43,713 bases of DNA from positions 1 through 43,713 of the forward strand of contig CAIVNC010000005.1 in assembly GCA_903907165.1 (NCBI GenBank), written 5' to 3'. The notes below the pieces were generated by a model. It was not told the DNA's origin and searched no databases. It worked only from the letters and a program-made list of their open reading frames with translations. The position numbers and the translations under genes were made by a program. Within the stretch, counting starts at the first letter, position 1. Each line of letters opens with the position of its first letter. Below are positions 8,966 through 17,178 of the stretch, piece by piece. The DNA comes from Candidatus Buchananbacteria bacterium (lineage in GTDB: Bacteria; Patescibacteriota; Patescibacteriia; 2-01-FULL-39-33).

Positions 8966-9760
8966 ATGGAACAAAACAGTGTTTTCAATCTAAAGAATAT
9001 TAAGGTTGTCATCCTTATTACTCTAATTGCCGTTTTAATCACTCTGGGCATCAGTTTTTTGCAAACTCCCAAATATGAGTCATCTACAAAGCTGATTACC
9101 GTTTTTAATCAAGGTAATATTGACCCATACACGGCCGGAAAAACCTCTGATTACATATCTAATATCTTAAGTGAGGTTATTTATTCTAATTCCTTCATTG
9201 ATAGCGTCTTTAAAAGCCAATTTCATCTTAAAGACACTCTTGGCAATAACGCCGAAACTAGAGCAAAAAATTGGAAGGATATGGTTAAGGTTCAAACCAA
9301 GCAAAATACCGGCATCATTAATATTGATGTTTATAATACCGATCGCAACCAAGCTGATCAATTTTCTCAGGCTATCGCCTACACCATTATCAACAACGGT
9401 CAGCTTTATTATGGCACCAATGACAACGTTGTCATTAAAGTAATTGATGGTCCAGCCACCACTCAAAACTGGGCAGAACCAAAAATCGGCCGTAACGCTG
9501 GCCTTGGACTAATCGCTGGACTCATTGTCGGCTTAACTTTTATTTTTACTTTTCCAGAACAACAAATATTAAAAGCTTTCTCCATTAAGCCAAAACTTAG
9601 CCTGATTGGTGATGAAAATTTTGAATTGGCAAATAATAACATCAACCGCATATATCCAACTCAGAACAATCAAACTCAAAATAGGCCAACTGAATCGGCC
9701 CCTACGATTCCAACAGTGCCAACTGACAAAAAAAACGACGATCAATTTTACAATTGGTAA
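8966..9760 (+). CDS. Wzz-like polysaccharide chain-length determinant protein
   Basis: 264 aa. N-terminal TM followed by the Wzz signature (LQTPKYESSTKLI), a second TM near the C-terminus (LGLIAGLIVGLTFIF), and a low-complexity Q/N/P/T tail. Confidence 0.7.
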   Translation: MEQNSVFNLKNIKVVILITLIAVLITLGISFLQTPKYESSTKLITVFNQGNIDPYTAGKTSDYISNILSEVIYSNSFIDSVFKSQFHLKDTLGNNAETRAKNWKDMVKVQTKQNTGIINIDVYNTDRNQADQFSQAIAYTIINNGQLYYGTNDNVVIKVIDGPATTQNWAEPKIGRNAGLGLIAGLIVGLTFIFTFPEQQILKAFSIKPKLSLIGDENFELANNNINRIYPTQNNQTQNRPTESAPTIPTVPTDKKNDDQFYNW

Positions 9761-9782
9761 TCGCCTCTCGCTAATTTATTTT

Positions 9783-11249
9783 ATGAACAAAGCAACTGTC
9801 AGCACAATTCTAGGCTTTAACATACCGAAAACCATTATTTATGATTTTATGGTTTTCTTTTATTTGTCTGCGCTCATCATCCTCTCTATAGCTAATGGCT
9901 TTTCCCTGCTTACTTATTTAGCCTTCATAATCTTCGCTGCTTTGTTTTTTATGGTCAAGCCTCAAACCGGCTTTAGCTTGATTATTCTTTTGACCATGAT
10001 CTTTGAAAGATTTTTTACCCTTCAACCACTCATCATAGACCAACAGCAATACAAGCTTTATCCGCTAGACATTGTTATCATCTTTACCGCTATTGGTTGT
10101 TTGATTCAATTTTTTAGGAATAAAAAAAGCCAGCCGGCCATCAAAGGAAAACGATTCGATTGGCCGGAGGTTTTATTTTTTTATTTCAGTTTTTTAATGT
10201 TAACTTTTTTCATTAAATCTTTTTTTGATATTAATGCTTCTTTGGATTTATCTTTCAGTGCTCTTAAAAATTATTCTCTTTACGGAATTTTATATTTTAT
10301 CGCTTTTTATCTTAGTAACACCAAAGAGAAATTCAAAAAAAATGTCCATGTATTTTTACTTGGCGGTCTAGCCATTATTTTCTTTATCACCTACGGCCTT
10401 ATGACCGGCCAAGGACTTTGGACCGAGTTTACTCCTCTATCAACTGCTGGCGTCCGTTATTTAGCTGGTACTCATGCTTTTTATCTAGTGCTCGCTTCGA
10501 CTATCGCCGTCGCCTTTATCGCTGGCAAAAAATTTAACAACAATTATTTGCCAACTATAGTTTTGGCTATTTGGTCAATCGGCATCTTAGGTTCGCTCAT
10601 GAGACATCTTTGGCTAGCTTTAATCGTTGGCTTTATTGTTATTCTAGCCGCAATGACACTCAAAGAAAAAAAGAGATTATTGCCGTATCTTAACAAAATA
10701 AGTTTCACCGCCGCTTCAGTTTTTATTATTCTTTTTTTGGGTGCCAATCTTTTTCCTAACAACGCTCTAGCCGCAAAAATCCAGCCGTCTGTCGACTATT
10801 TAAAAGATCGCGCATCTTCCTTAACTCAACTTAACCAAGACTCTAGCGCTAACTGGCGTTTAGATTTTTGGCGTAGCGCTGCTGACTCTTGGAAAAAAAC
10901 TCCTATCGTCGGCATTGGCCTTGGCCATCAGATTTTATTTGAATCCAATGGCTGGCAAACACTAGAGGAAATCAGAAACATCCACAATTCCCTTTTGGCT
11001 ATTCTTATTCAAACTGGCGTTCTGGGCATAATCATTTTCTTAACTTTCATTGGTTCAGTAATTTCTTCAACTTGGAAAAAATTAAAAGACAATGATCTTC
11101 GTCCATATCTTGCCGGACTCATGGCCTGTTTATTTATCTTTTTATTCTGTAGCTTATTCCAACCATATCTAGAAACAAATCTAACCGGAATCTTTCTCTG
11201 GATAATTTTAGGTCTAATGCGTGCCGGAACAAAATTAGCTGAAGTTTAA
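9783..11249 (+). CDS. Wzy_C-domain membrane protein (O-antigen ligase/polymerase or O-oligosaccharyltransferase-like)
   Basis: Polytopic membrane protein with a large loop and the Wzy_C-type motif (IRNIHNSLLAILIQTGVLG). The track ORF starts at 9606 and overlaps wzz, so I chose the ATG at 9783 (MNKATV...). Confidence 0.75.
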   Translation: MNKATVSTILGFNIPKTIIYDFMVFFYLSALIILSIANGFSLLTYLAFIIFAALFFMVKPQTGFSLIILLTMIFERFFTLQPLIIDQQQYKLYPLDIVIIFTAIGCLIQFFRNKKSQPAIKGKRFDWPEVLFFYFSFLMLTFFIKSFFDINASLDLSFSALKNYSLYGILYFIAFYLSNTKEKFKKNVHVFLLGGLAIIFFITYGLMTGQGLWTEFTPLSTAGVRYLAGTHAFYLVLASTIAVAFIAGKKFNNNYLPTIVLAIWSIGILGSLMRHLWLALIVGFIVILAAMTLKEKKRLLPYLNKISFTAASVFIILFLGANLFPNNALAAKIQPSVDYLKDRASSLTQLNQDSSANWRLDFWRSAADSWKKTPIVGIGLGHQILFESNGWQTLEEIRNIHNSLLAILIQTGVLGIIIFLTFIGSVISSTWKKLKDNDLRPYLAGLMACLFIFLFCSLFQPYLETNLTGIFLWIILGLMRAGTKLAEV

Positions 11250-11256
11250 ATTTAAT

Positions 11257-12477
11257 ATGAAAATCCTTCAAGTCAATAAATTCTATTATCCCAAAGGCGG
11301 AGCGGAAACTTATTTCCTTTCCCTGATTGACGGCCTAAAAAATAACGGCCAGGAGGTTTTAATATTCTCCCAAAAAAACCCAAACAACTTGCCAAGCAAT
11401 CAAGAAAAATATTTTATCTCTGATTTGAATTTGGAAAAATTCAATTGGCCAATGGTCGGAAGTCTTGGCAGAATTTTCTGGTCGTTCAGTGCAGCTAGAA
11501 AAATTAAAAAACTTATCGCCCAAGAAAAACCAGACTTAGTTCATATTCATAATATCTATCATCAGATTTCGCCTTCTATTTTGCCAGCAATCAAAAAGAT
11601 GGGATTGCCGATAATTATGACTGTTCATGATTTTAAATTAATCAAACACGATTATACTCTACGCGCTGATGGCAAAAAAATAAAAAATAAAAATTCTAAT
11701 CTTGTCGATCTGCTTCTTCAGATTGAATTTAATTTTCACAAAAAAATAAACATCTACAAAAACAATGTCGATCTGTTTTTGGTTGCTTCTCAGTTTGTTA
11801 AAGATCAATTAGTCGCCAACGGTTTTAATTCTGAAAAAATTATCATCCAACCGCTATTCACTGATCTAGAAATTAATCAGAGTAATCAGGCAACAGAAAA
11901 ATATTTCATTGCTTTTGGCCGACTTGATGAATCCAAAGGTCTTGATACTTTAATTAGAGCTGCAGCGATTGCCAAGAGCCAACCAAAAATAAAAATTGTC
12001 GGCAATGGTCCAGCCAAAAAAGATCTTATTGATTTAACTTGGGATCTTGGCATTGCTAGTCGCGTAGAATTTACTGGCCAAAAAAATCGCCAAGACTTAC
12101 ACAAATTAGTTTCCAATTCCTTGGCCACAATTTTCCCGACTAGAGTCCATGAAACCTTTGGCTTGGGCGCATTAGAATCAATGGCTCTAGGCAAGCCAGT
12201 TATCGCTACAAAAGCTGGCGCTTTGCCAGAGCTAGTCAAAGATCAAGAAAATGGCATCTTAATTAATGTTAATAATGAAGAAGAATTAGCAAAAGCCATG
12301 GATTATTTAATGGATAATTCTGAAAAAGCCATAGTCATGGGTAAATTAGGACAAGATTTAGCTCAAAAATACAGTTCTAAGGATCACCTTAATCAGATCT
12401 TAGGAATTTATGATAAGATTAAAAATAAATTAGCCACAGACGATTCAAATATTAGTAATTTAGCTAAATTTAGCTAA
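11257..12477 (+). CDS. Glycosyltransferase family 4 (GT-B)
   Basis: 406 aa. The N-terminus (MKILQVNKFYYPKGGAE) and the C-terminal GT1/GT4 EX7E region (ETFGLGALESMALGKPVIATKAGALPELV) are typical. Confidence 0.85.
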   Translation: MKILQVNKFYYPKGGAETYFLSLIDGLKNNGQEVLIFSQKNPNNLPSNQEKYFISDLNLEKFNWPMVGSLGRIFWSFSAARKIKKLIAQEKPDLVHIHNIYHQISPSILPAIKKMGLPIIMTVHDFKLIKHDYTLRADGKKIKNKNSNLVDLLLQIEFNFHKKINIYKNNVDLFLVASQFVKDQLVANGFNSEKIIIQPLFTDLEINQSNQATEKYFIAFGRLDESKGLDTLIRAAAIAKSQPKIKIVGNGPAKKDLIDLTWDLGIASRVEFTGQKNRQDLHKLVSNSLATIFPTRVHETFGLGALESMALGKPVIATKAGALPELVKDQENGILINVNNEEELAKAMDYLMDNSEKAIVMGKLGQDLAQKYSSKDHLNQILGIYDKIKNKLATDDSNISNLAKFS

Positions 12478-12714
12478 AATAACCAGAAAACGGCCAAATA
12501 AGATCAAGAGGCCTTGACAAAAAAGCAATTTTTTGCTAAGATGTGGTATTAAGTAAAAAGCTGGATTCTAGCAATTTACTTAATTTTCTAAGTAGAACTT
12601 TGAAAATTGACTGAAAAAAACTAAACCTAGTTCAGGTTTAATTGTATATAGATAAGTGGCAAGCTTTACCGGCACTCCCTGAGTGATCGGAACTTAACGA
12701 AAGGAGAGATGATC
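12462..12714 (+). promoter_or_regulatory. Regulatory cassette copy 1 (palindrome, promoter, conserved leader)
   Basis: Perfect palindrome AGCTAAATTTAGCT (12462-12475). TTGACA (12514-12519), 17 nt ending TGc, TAAGAT (12537-12542). GAACTTTGAAAATTGA (12595-12610). ATAGATAAGT (12648-12657). Hairpin CACTC-CCT-GAGTG (12673-12685). AAAGGAG (12700-12706). Collinear with copies 2 and 3. Confidence 0.6.
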
Positions 12715-14823
12715 ATGAAAATGACGTCCCTCAACTCCAAGTCCGGCACCCTTTCGGAGTGCCAAAGCAGTAAAAAATCCACGATGGCCAACAAAGGCCA
12801 AGGAGAAAACACCATGAAGTCGTTCAAGATGTTCCTCATCCTCATCATGGCCGTCATGGCCATCGGTTTCACCGGCTCGGCCGCTTTGGCCCAAGCCACG
12901 CTCAACTTGTCCGTGCCCGACGGAAGTGGAAACGTGACTCTCACATTCACTCCCAACGGCACCGCCCTCAACGACGTCCTGGCCCAACCGCAAAGCGGAA
13001 AGACCTGGACCAATGTTGACGGCGGACTCGGCGTCCTTTGGATGATGCCCAGCATCAGTCCATACGGCGTGTATGAGACCAAGACCGGAGCCATCAGTGG
13101 CAGTGGAACTTACACCGCCAACATGACCGGAGTTGGTCAGAATTACGCCGGCGCCAATGTCTCGTTCACGCTTTCAGCCTCCCTCGCGGGAAGTTTGAAA
13201 CTGGTCCCCTACGTTGTTATCAGTGGTACGAAATACTACCTCAACACAACAAAGGTTATCGGCAACTACAATGGTGCGCCGATGACCAAGACCATGGACG
13301 GTGACTCTTGGGACTTTGCCTTGACTGGCACTGCTCCGCCCGCAACCGGAACGCCTCAGGTGACTTTTACCAAATCGTCGTCTGGCAGCGTTACAGCCTA
13401 CATTAATTTGAACGGCTCGACGCAGGTCACCTTGTTCGGTACCGCTGGAACTCCCACCTATGTCTACTTCCTTCATTACTATTCTGATGGAACGACGGCC
13501 AAGGAAAATCAGAGTTTCACCGGTTGGCCCCAGACCATGGGCGTGAACGGCTTCAAGAACGACACGATCTCCGGCATGTTCGGGATCACCGTCGGCGGAG
13601 TCGATTACCCCATGATTGCCACGGCCGCCGATTTTTCCTACAATGGAAAATTGACGCTCGTAAATGGCAAGCTGAGTTTTTCCGTCAATGGAGTCACTCC
13701 GCCCCCGCCGAACACCACCAAGGGCAAAATCACCGCGACAGTTAGCAATGGACAAGTCACGCTGACCCTGGATCCAAACGGAGCCAGTTACAGCAACTTG
13801 TTCTCTAGCAACGGCGGCTTCCCGACAGCCGGCACCAACCCGACCTCCATTCGGGTGACCAACTTCCTCTTGACCAACCCGGTCAACGGTAATTGGGCAC
13901 CGACTTACGACACCAGTGTCGTGGGTCTGAATGGAACGGTTTCGTTCCCGTCTCCGAGCGAAGCAACGGCGCGCTTCAACTTGCAGGCCACCATCAACGG
14001 AACCAATTATTGGTTCAATGTCGATTGGTGGACCATGAGCTTTAACGGCTCAACCGTTACGCCGACCGGTGGCGCTTGGGAAGTGGCAACGGGTTATATC
14101 ACTCCCCCGCCTCCTCCACTAACCACTGGAACGGCCAAGACAGCTCCCGGTGCTTGGCTCTGGAAGATCAACGCTGATGGAAATTTTGTCGCCATGATTG
14201 ACGCTTCCGACAAGGGCAGATTCAAGACCAGAAATCAGGTTGGCTACAAGGCATTCAATGCTCTAGTCTTCCTGGTTGAAGGTCCCGACGGAAACACGTT
14301 CGATCAACAAATCGTCCGCGCCTTTTCCGCTCAGCCCTTCTGGTATACCTTCCGCCCGGTCAGCGTCAAGTTAAAACTGACGGACAATGCTGTTGTTCGC
14401 ATTTTCGTGACGAAGATTGATAACAATGGCGTTGAAAAGCAAGGTTGGCGAACCGAACTTGACCTCGACACCTATATCAACGGCGTCAAAGGCAAGAAAG
14501 CCAACCTGGCCTCCATGAGCATTATGATCGCTCCGCCAGTCATTGGCATGAACGGCGTCATGCTCAAGAACGGAAAACTCTTCACTTACGCCACCATCGG
14601 CCAGCCCCTCGTCATTGACTTGGGAATTGCCGGAAATGCGGATGTCCATGCCGCTATCGTCTACACAGATAGTAGCATCCATCCGCTCGACGTTAGCAAT
14701 GGCAAAGTGATGTACGACCGAGTATCTAACTCGGACTATTACGGCTACGTTGTCATTATGGCCGAGAATAGTCTGGGTAAAGACGCTGTCGTCATCCGCC
14801 TTCTCCGCCCGCCCTGTAAATAG
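12715..14823 (+). CDS. Secreted modular protein A (N1 module, Pro-linked beta-rich domains, unknown C-terminal domain)
   Basis: GC3-rich ORF. The ATG at 12715 lies 8 nt after AAAGGAG, the position homologous to the starts of genes B and E. An alternative ATG at 12814 (RBS AGGAG) lies directly before the signal peptide MKSFKMFLILIMAVMAIGFTGSAALA|QA. The N1 module is paralogous to the N-terminus of gene E. PPPP linkers are present. A strong terminator follows. Confidence 0.85.
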   Translation: MKMTSLNSKSGTLSECQSSKKSTMANKGQGENTMKSFKMFLILIMAVMAIGFTGSAALAQATLNLSVPDGSGNVTLTFTPNGTALNDVLAQPQSGKTWTNVDGGLGVLWMMPSISPYGVYETKTGAISGSGTYTANMTGVGQNYAGANVSFTLSASLAGSLKLVPYVVISGTKYYLNTTKVIGNYNGAPMTKTMDGDSWDFALTGTAPPATGTPQVTFTKSSSGSVTAYINLNGSTQVTLFGTAGTPTYVYFLHYYSDGTTAKENQSFTGWPQTMGVNGFKNDTISGMFGITVGGVDYPMIATAADFSYNGKLTLVNGKLSFSVNGVTPPPPNTTKGKITATVSNGQVTLTLDPNGASYSNLFSSNGGFPTAGTNPTSIRVTNFLLTNPVNGNWAPTYDTSVVGLNGTVSFPSPSEATARFNLQATINGTNYWFNVDWWTMSFNGSTVTPTGGAWEVATGYITPPPPPLTTGTAKTAPGAWLWKINADGNFVAMIDASDKGRFKTRNQVGYKAFNALVFLVEGPDGNTFDQQIVRAFSAQPFWYTFRPVSVKLKLTDNAVVRIFVTKIDNNGVEKQGWRTELDLDTYINGVKGKKANLASMSIMIAPPVIGMNGVMLKNGKLFTYATIGQPLVIDLGIAGNADVHAAIVYTDSSIHPLDVSNGKVMYDRVSNSDYYGYVVIMAENSLGKDAVVIRLLRPPCK

Positions 14824-14856
14824 GGCAAGCAGTAAGTTGTACATTTTCACCCCGTC

Positions 14857-14904
14857 GGGTAACGCTACCTCAGATAAGTCTTCTGAGTAGCGTTACCCTT
14901 TTTT
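14857..14904 (+). terminator. Rho-independent terminator of gene A
   Basis: GGGTAACGCTACcTCAGA (14857-14874) pairs with TCTGAGTAGCGTTACCC (14881-14897), giving 17 bp with one bulge, followed by T7 (14898-14904). Confidence 0.85.
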
Positions 14905-15141
14905 TATTTAAATTTAGATAAAATATCTACTTTTTAGCCAAATTTAAATAAAAAATCCCACGCTTGACAATTATTTGATTTTATTATAATATAAGCCATT
15001 AAACAAATATTATTTTTTGTTTAATAACCAAGGAACTTTGACAATTAAAAGGCTATAAAAAGCTTTCAACATAGATAAGTTAAAAACACCAATCTCCCCT
15101 GAGGGAGACATAGCAGAAAATCCATTCAAAGGAGAAAGCTG
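14905..15141 (+). promoter_or_regulatory. Regulatory cassette copy 2
   Basis: Near-palindrome ATTTAAATTTAGAT (14905-14918). TTGACA (14964-14969) with TATAAT/TAATAT at 14985-14992. GGAACTTTGACAATTAA (15032-15048). ATAGATAAGT (15071-15080). Hairpin TCTCCC-CTGA-GGGAGA (15093-15108). AAAGGAG (15128-15134) 7 nt before the ATG at 15142. Confidence 0.6.
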
Positions 15142-16194
15142 ATGAGCACCAAACAACTCATCATCTTGCCATTACTATTTCTGACGTTTACCGTCGGAAT
15201 GGTTTTTGGACAAGGCAGTCAGGCGAGCACAATAACTTTTGCCCTGCCTGATATCAACGGCAAAATGGCCGTTACAGTTTCAACTCAGCCCGGAGTCCAA
15301 CTGAAAAGTCTTTTGGTTGATCCCAACCTTTTCAGTTCCAATGCGGAGATCACTCAGATCGCCGTCTTTGGTCCAACGGGCTGGGTACTGGCAACAGTCA
15401 CGGACAAAATTACTTCTTTCAGTTTGCCAATAACTTTGGCATCCGGACTAGAAGCCAGTTTTGAAACCGGAGGCACTGCTCCGTTCCGTCATTTTCGTGG
15501 GACACTCGTGGCGGCCAATGGCAGTGGCAGTAAAATCGGCTATTTCCAACTCGACAATTTTACGGGAAAGTATAACAACAATCCCAGCATCATCGTCGAT
15601 GATGGAAACGGTGGAAAAATCATCGATTTCTTCGAACAAGATTTTTTCAGTGGCGCTGATACTACTACGGCAACATTTGGCCTACCAGATGGTACCGGCA
15701 AAATGCCAATTACCATAACGGCTACCTCTGGCGTTCAATTGCGATCGTCACTGGCCAATCCCAGCTTTGTTGATGCGGACAGCTCTATTACCAATATCGC
15801 TGTTTGCGGACCAACCGGCTGGGGACTAACAGCTACCGACCGCGCGCCATTCTCTGGACTGCCGTTTTCGGGACTCAAAGCCAGCTTTGAGCCAGCCAAT
15901 TGGAATTCTCCCAATGTTCTACAAGGGCACTTTCGAGGAAACCTCTTGGCGCTCAATCTCTCGAGCAACATGAACAACACAAGTTACTTCAATCTAACAA
16001 GATTGAAAATTGTTCATGTCAACAAAAAGATTGATCCTGTTGACGACGGCTCAGGCGGCAAAGTGATTGACTTCTGGCAAAACGATTATCTTTTCCGTCT
16101 GAATTTCCTGGATCCAGCACCTCCAGCAAATCAACATTTTTTTAAAGGAGGACTGGCCAAATTCACCAGACGCGCCGTACTAGGGCCGCAGTAA
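15142..16194 (+). CDS. Secreted protein B (two tandem copies of a ~140-aa module)
   Basis: Signal peptide MSTKQLIILPLLFLTFTVGMVFG|QG. Residues ~30-168 and ~176-318 align to each other (F.LPD..GKM..T.....GVQL.S.L..P......I..IAV.GPTGW.L...D........GL.ASFE......HFRG.L..........YF.L..........VDDG.GGK.IDF...D..F). GC3-rich. Confidence 0.85.
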   Translation: MSTKQLIILPLLFLTFTVGMVFGQGSQASTITFALPDINGKMAVTVSTQPGVQLKSLLVDPNLFSSNAEITQIAVFGPTGWVLATVTDKITSFSLPITLASGLEASFETGGTAPFRHFRGTLVAANGSGSKIGYFQLDNFTGKYNNNPSIIVDDGNGGKIIDFFEQDFFSGADTTTATFGLPDGTGKMPITITATSGVQLRSSLANPSFVDADSSITNIAVCGPTGWGLTATDRAPFSGLPFSGLKASFEPANWNSPNVLQGHFRGNLLALNLSSNMNNTSYFNLTRLKIVHVNKKIDPVDDGSGGKVIDFWQNDYLFRLNFLDPAPPANQHFFKGGLAKFTRRAVLGPQ

Positions 16195-16242
16195 AAAGAT
16201 GGATCATCTAAAACCACAAAAAACTAAAAGGAGAATCGAATC

Positions 16243-17166
16243 ATGAAACAGAAGATGATGGCCACTTTCGTAGTCCTGGCGATGATGATCATCGCCAATT
16301 CGGTTTTTGCGCAGCAAATCACCAGTGTCACCTACGGCTGGAAACACTCCACCGACGGGACAAATTTCACCACGATCACTGGAGAAACCTCCGAGACCAT
16401 CAGCGCCCCGACCACCACTTCCGGCAATAATTGGTTGCGTCAAGACGTGACCGGCTGGGCCGAAACCAGTACCGGGTCAATGGTCATTGTGGCGACAACG
16501 TCTACAATCATTACCTATACGGTAAATGACGTGGTCGTTTTCACCCAACAGCCCAGCGATACCAGAGTTAACAGCGGCACTCTTGCCACCTTCTCTGTCG
16601 CGGTGACCGGTACCACTCCGATCAGCTACCAGTGGTATGACATGGCCACAACTATTACCGGCGCCACCTCCAGTACCTATAGTTTCATCGCTACTGGCGC
16701 GGACAATGGCACATCGATCAGTTGTATTGCCACCAACATCACCGGTTCAACCAGTTCCAACCCGGCTCATCTGATTGTGGACACCAAGCCAGTATTCAGT
16801 GTCGGCTTGTCTGATCTGGCCACTACAACTGGCTTAACCGTCAACCTCAGCGTGACCGCAAGTAACATCAACAATCTTACCCAGACCTACGTCTGGACTA
16901 AGAATGGAATTGTCGTCGGTGGCAATTCTCTGAATTACAGCTTCATCGCCACGGACGCGGACAACGGCGCGATCATTATCTGCACCGTGACCGATTCCGT
17001 CGGCAGTGTCAGCACTCAGATGACTCTCACGGTTCAAGGTTGGACTCTGCAAAATACCATCACCGACATTCAGGTCGACGGCGTTCCGCAGACAATGCCC
17101 ATCAATGTGACCAAGGGACATTCCCTTATGATTCGTAAGGTCTGGGTCACAGTACCTAAACCGTAA
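16243..17166 (+). CDS. Secreted protein C (N2 module + two Ig I-set-like domains)
   Basis: RBS AAAGGAG upstream. Signal peptide MKQKMMATFVVLAMMIIANSVFA|QQ. The N2 module is shared with gene D. Ig-like repeats carry FTQQPSD..V..G..ATFSV.VTG..PISYQWY and ...YVWTKNG...C.V.D..G. There is no promoter cassette upstream, so it is probably co-transcribed with B. Confidence 0.85.
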   Translation: MKQKMMATFVVLAMMIIANSVFAQQITSVTYGWKHSTDGTNFTTITGETSETISAPTTTSGNNWLRQDVTGWAETSTGSMVIVATTSTIITYTVNDVVVFTQQPSDTRVNSGTLATFSVAVTGTTPISYQWYDMATTITGATSSTYSFIATGADNGTSISCIATNITGSTSSNPAHLIVDTKPVFSVGLSDLATTTGLTVNLSVTASNINNLTQTYVWTKNGIVVGGNSLNYSFIATDADNGAIIICTVTDSVGSVSTQMTLTVQGWTLQNTITDIQVDGVPQTMPINVTKGHSLMIRKVWVTVPKP

Positions 17167-17178
17167 AAGGAGGCAGCT

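Noticed and set aside
12485-12498. Possible att-like direct repeat at the island borders: AGAAAACGGCCAAA (12485-12498) vs CAGAACGGCCAACC (20119-20132), sharing the 9-mer AACGGCCAA
   Set aside because: A single 9-mer match between two ~100-nt border regions has a chance probability of a few percent. There is no integrase, tRNA or longer repeat to support an integration event.
12814-14823. Enrichment of N-x-S/T sequons in protein A (I count about 13, e.g. NLS, NVT, NGT, NMT, NVS, NTT, NGS, NQS, NDT), suggesting N-glycosylation
   Set aside because: Given the very high Asn, Ser and Thr content, roughly this many sequons are expected by chance. No STT3/PglB/AglB-type oligosaccharyltransferase is in the window. 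It is kept only as a side note to the O-glycosylation hypothesis.
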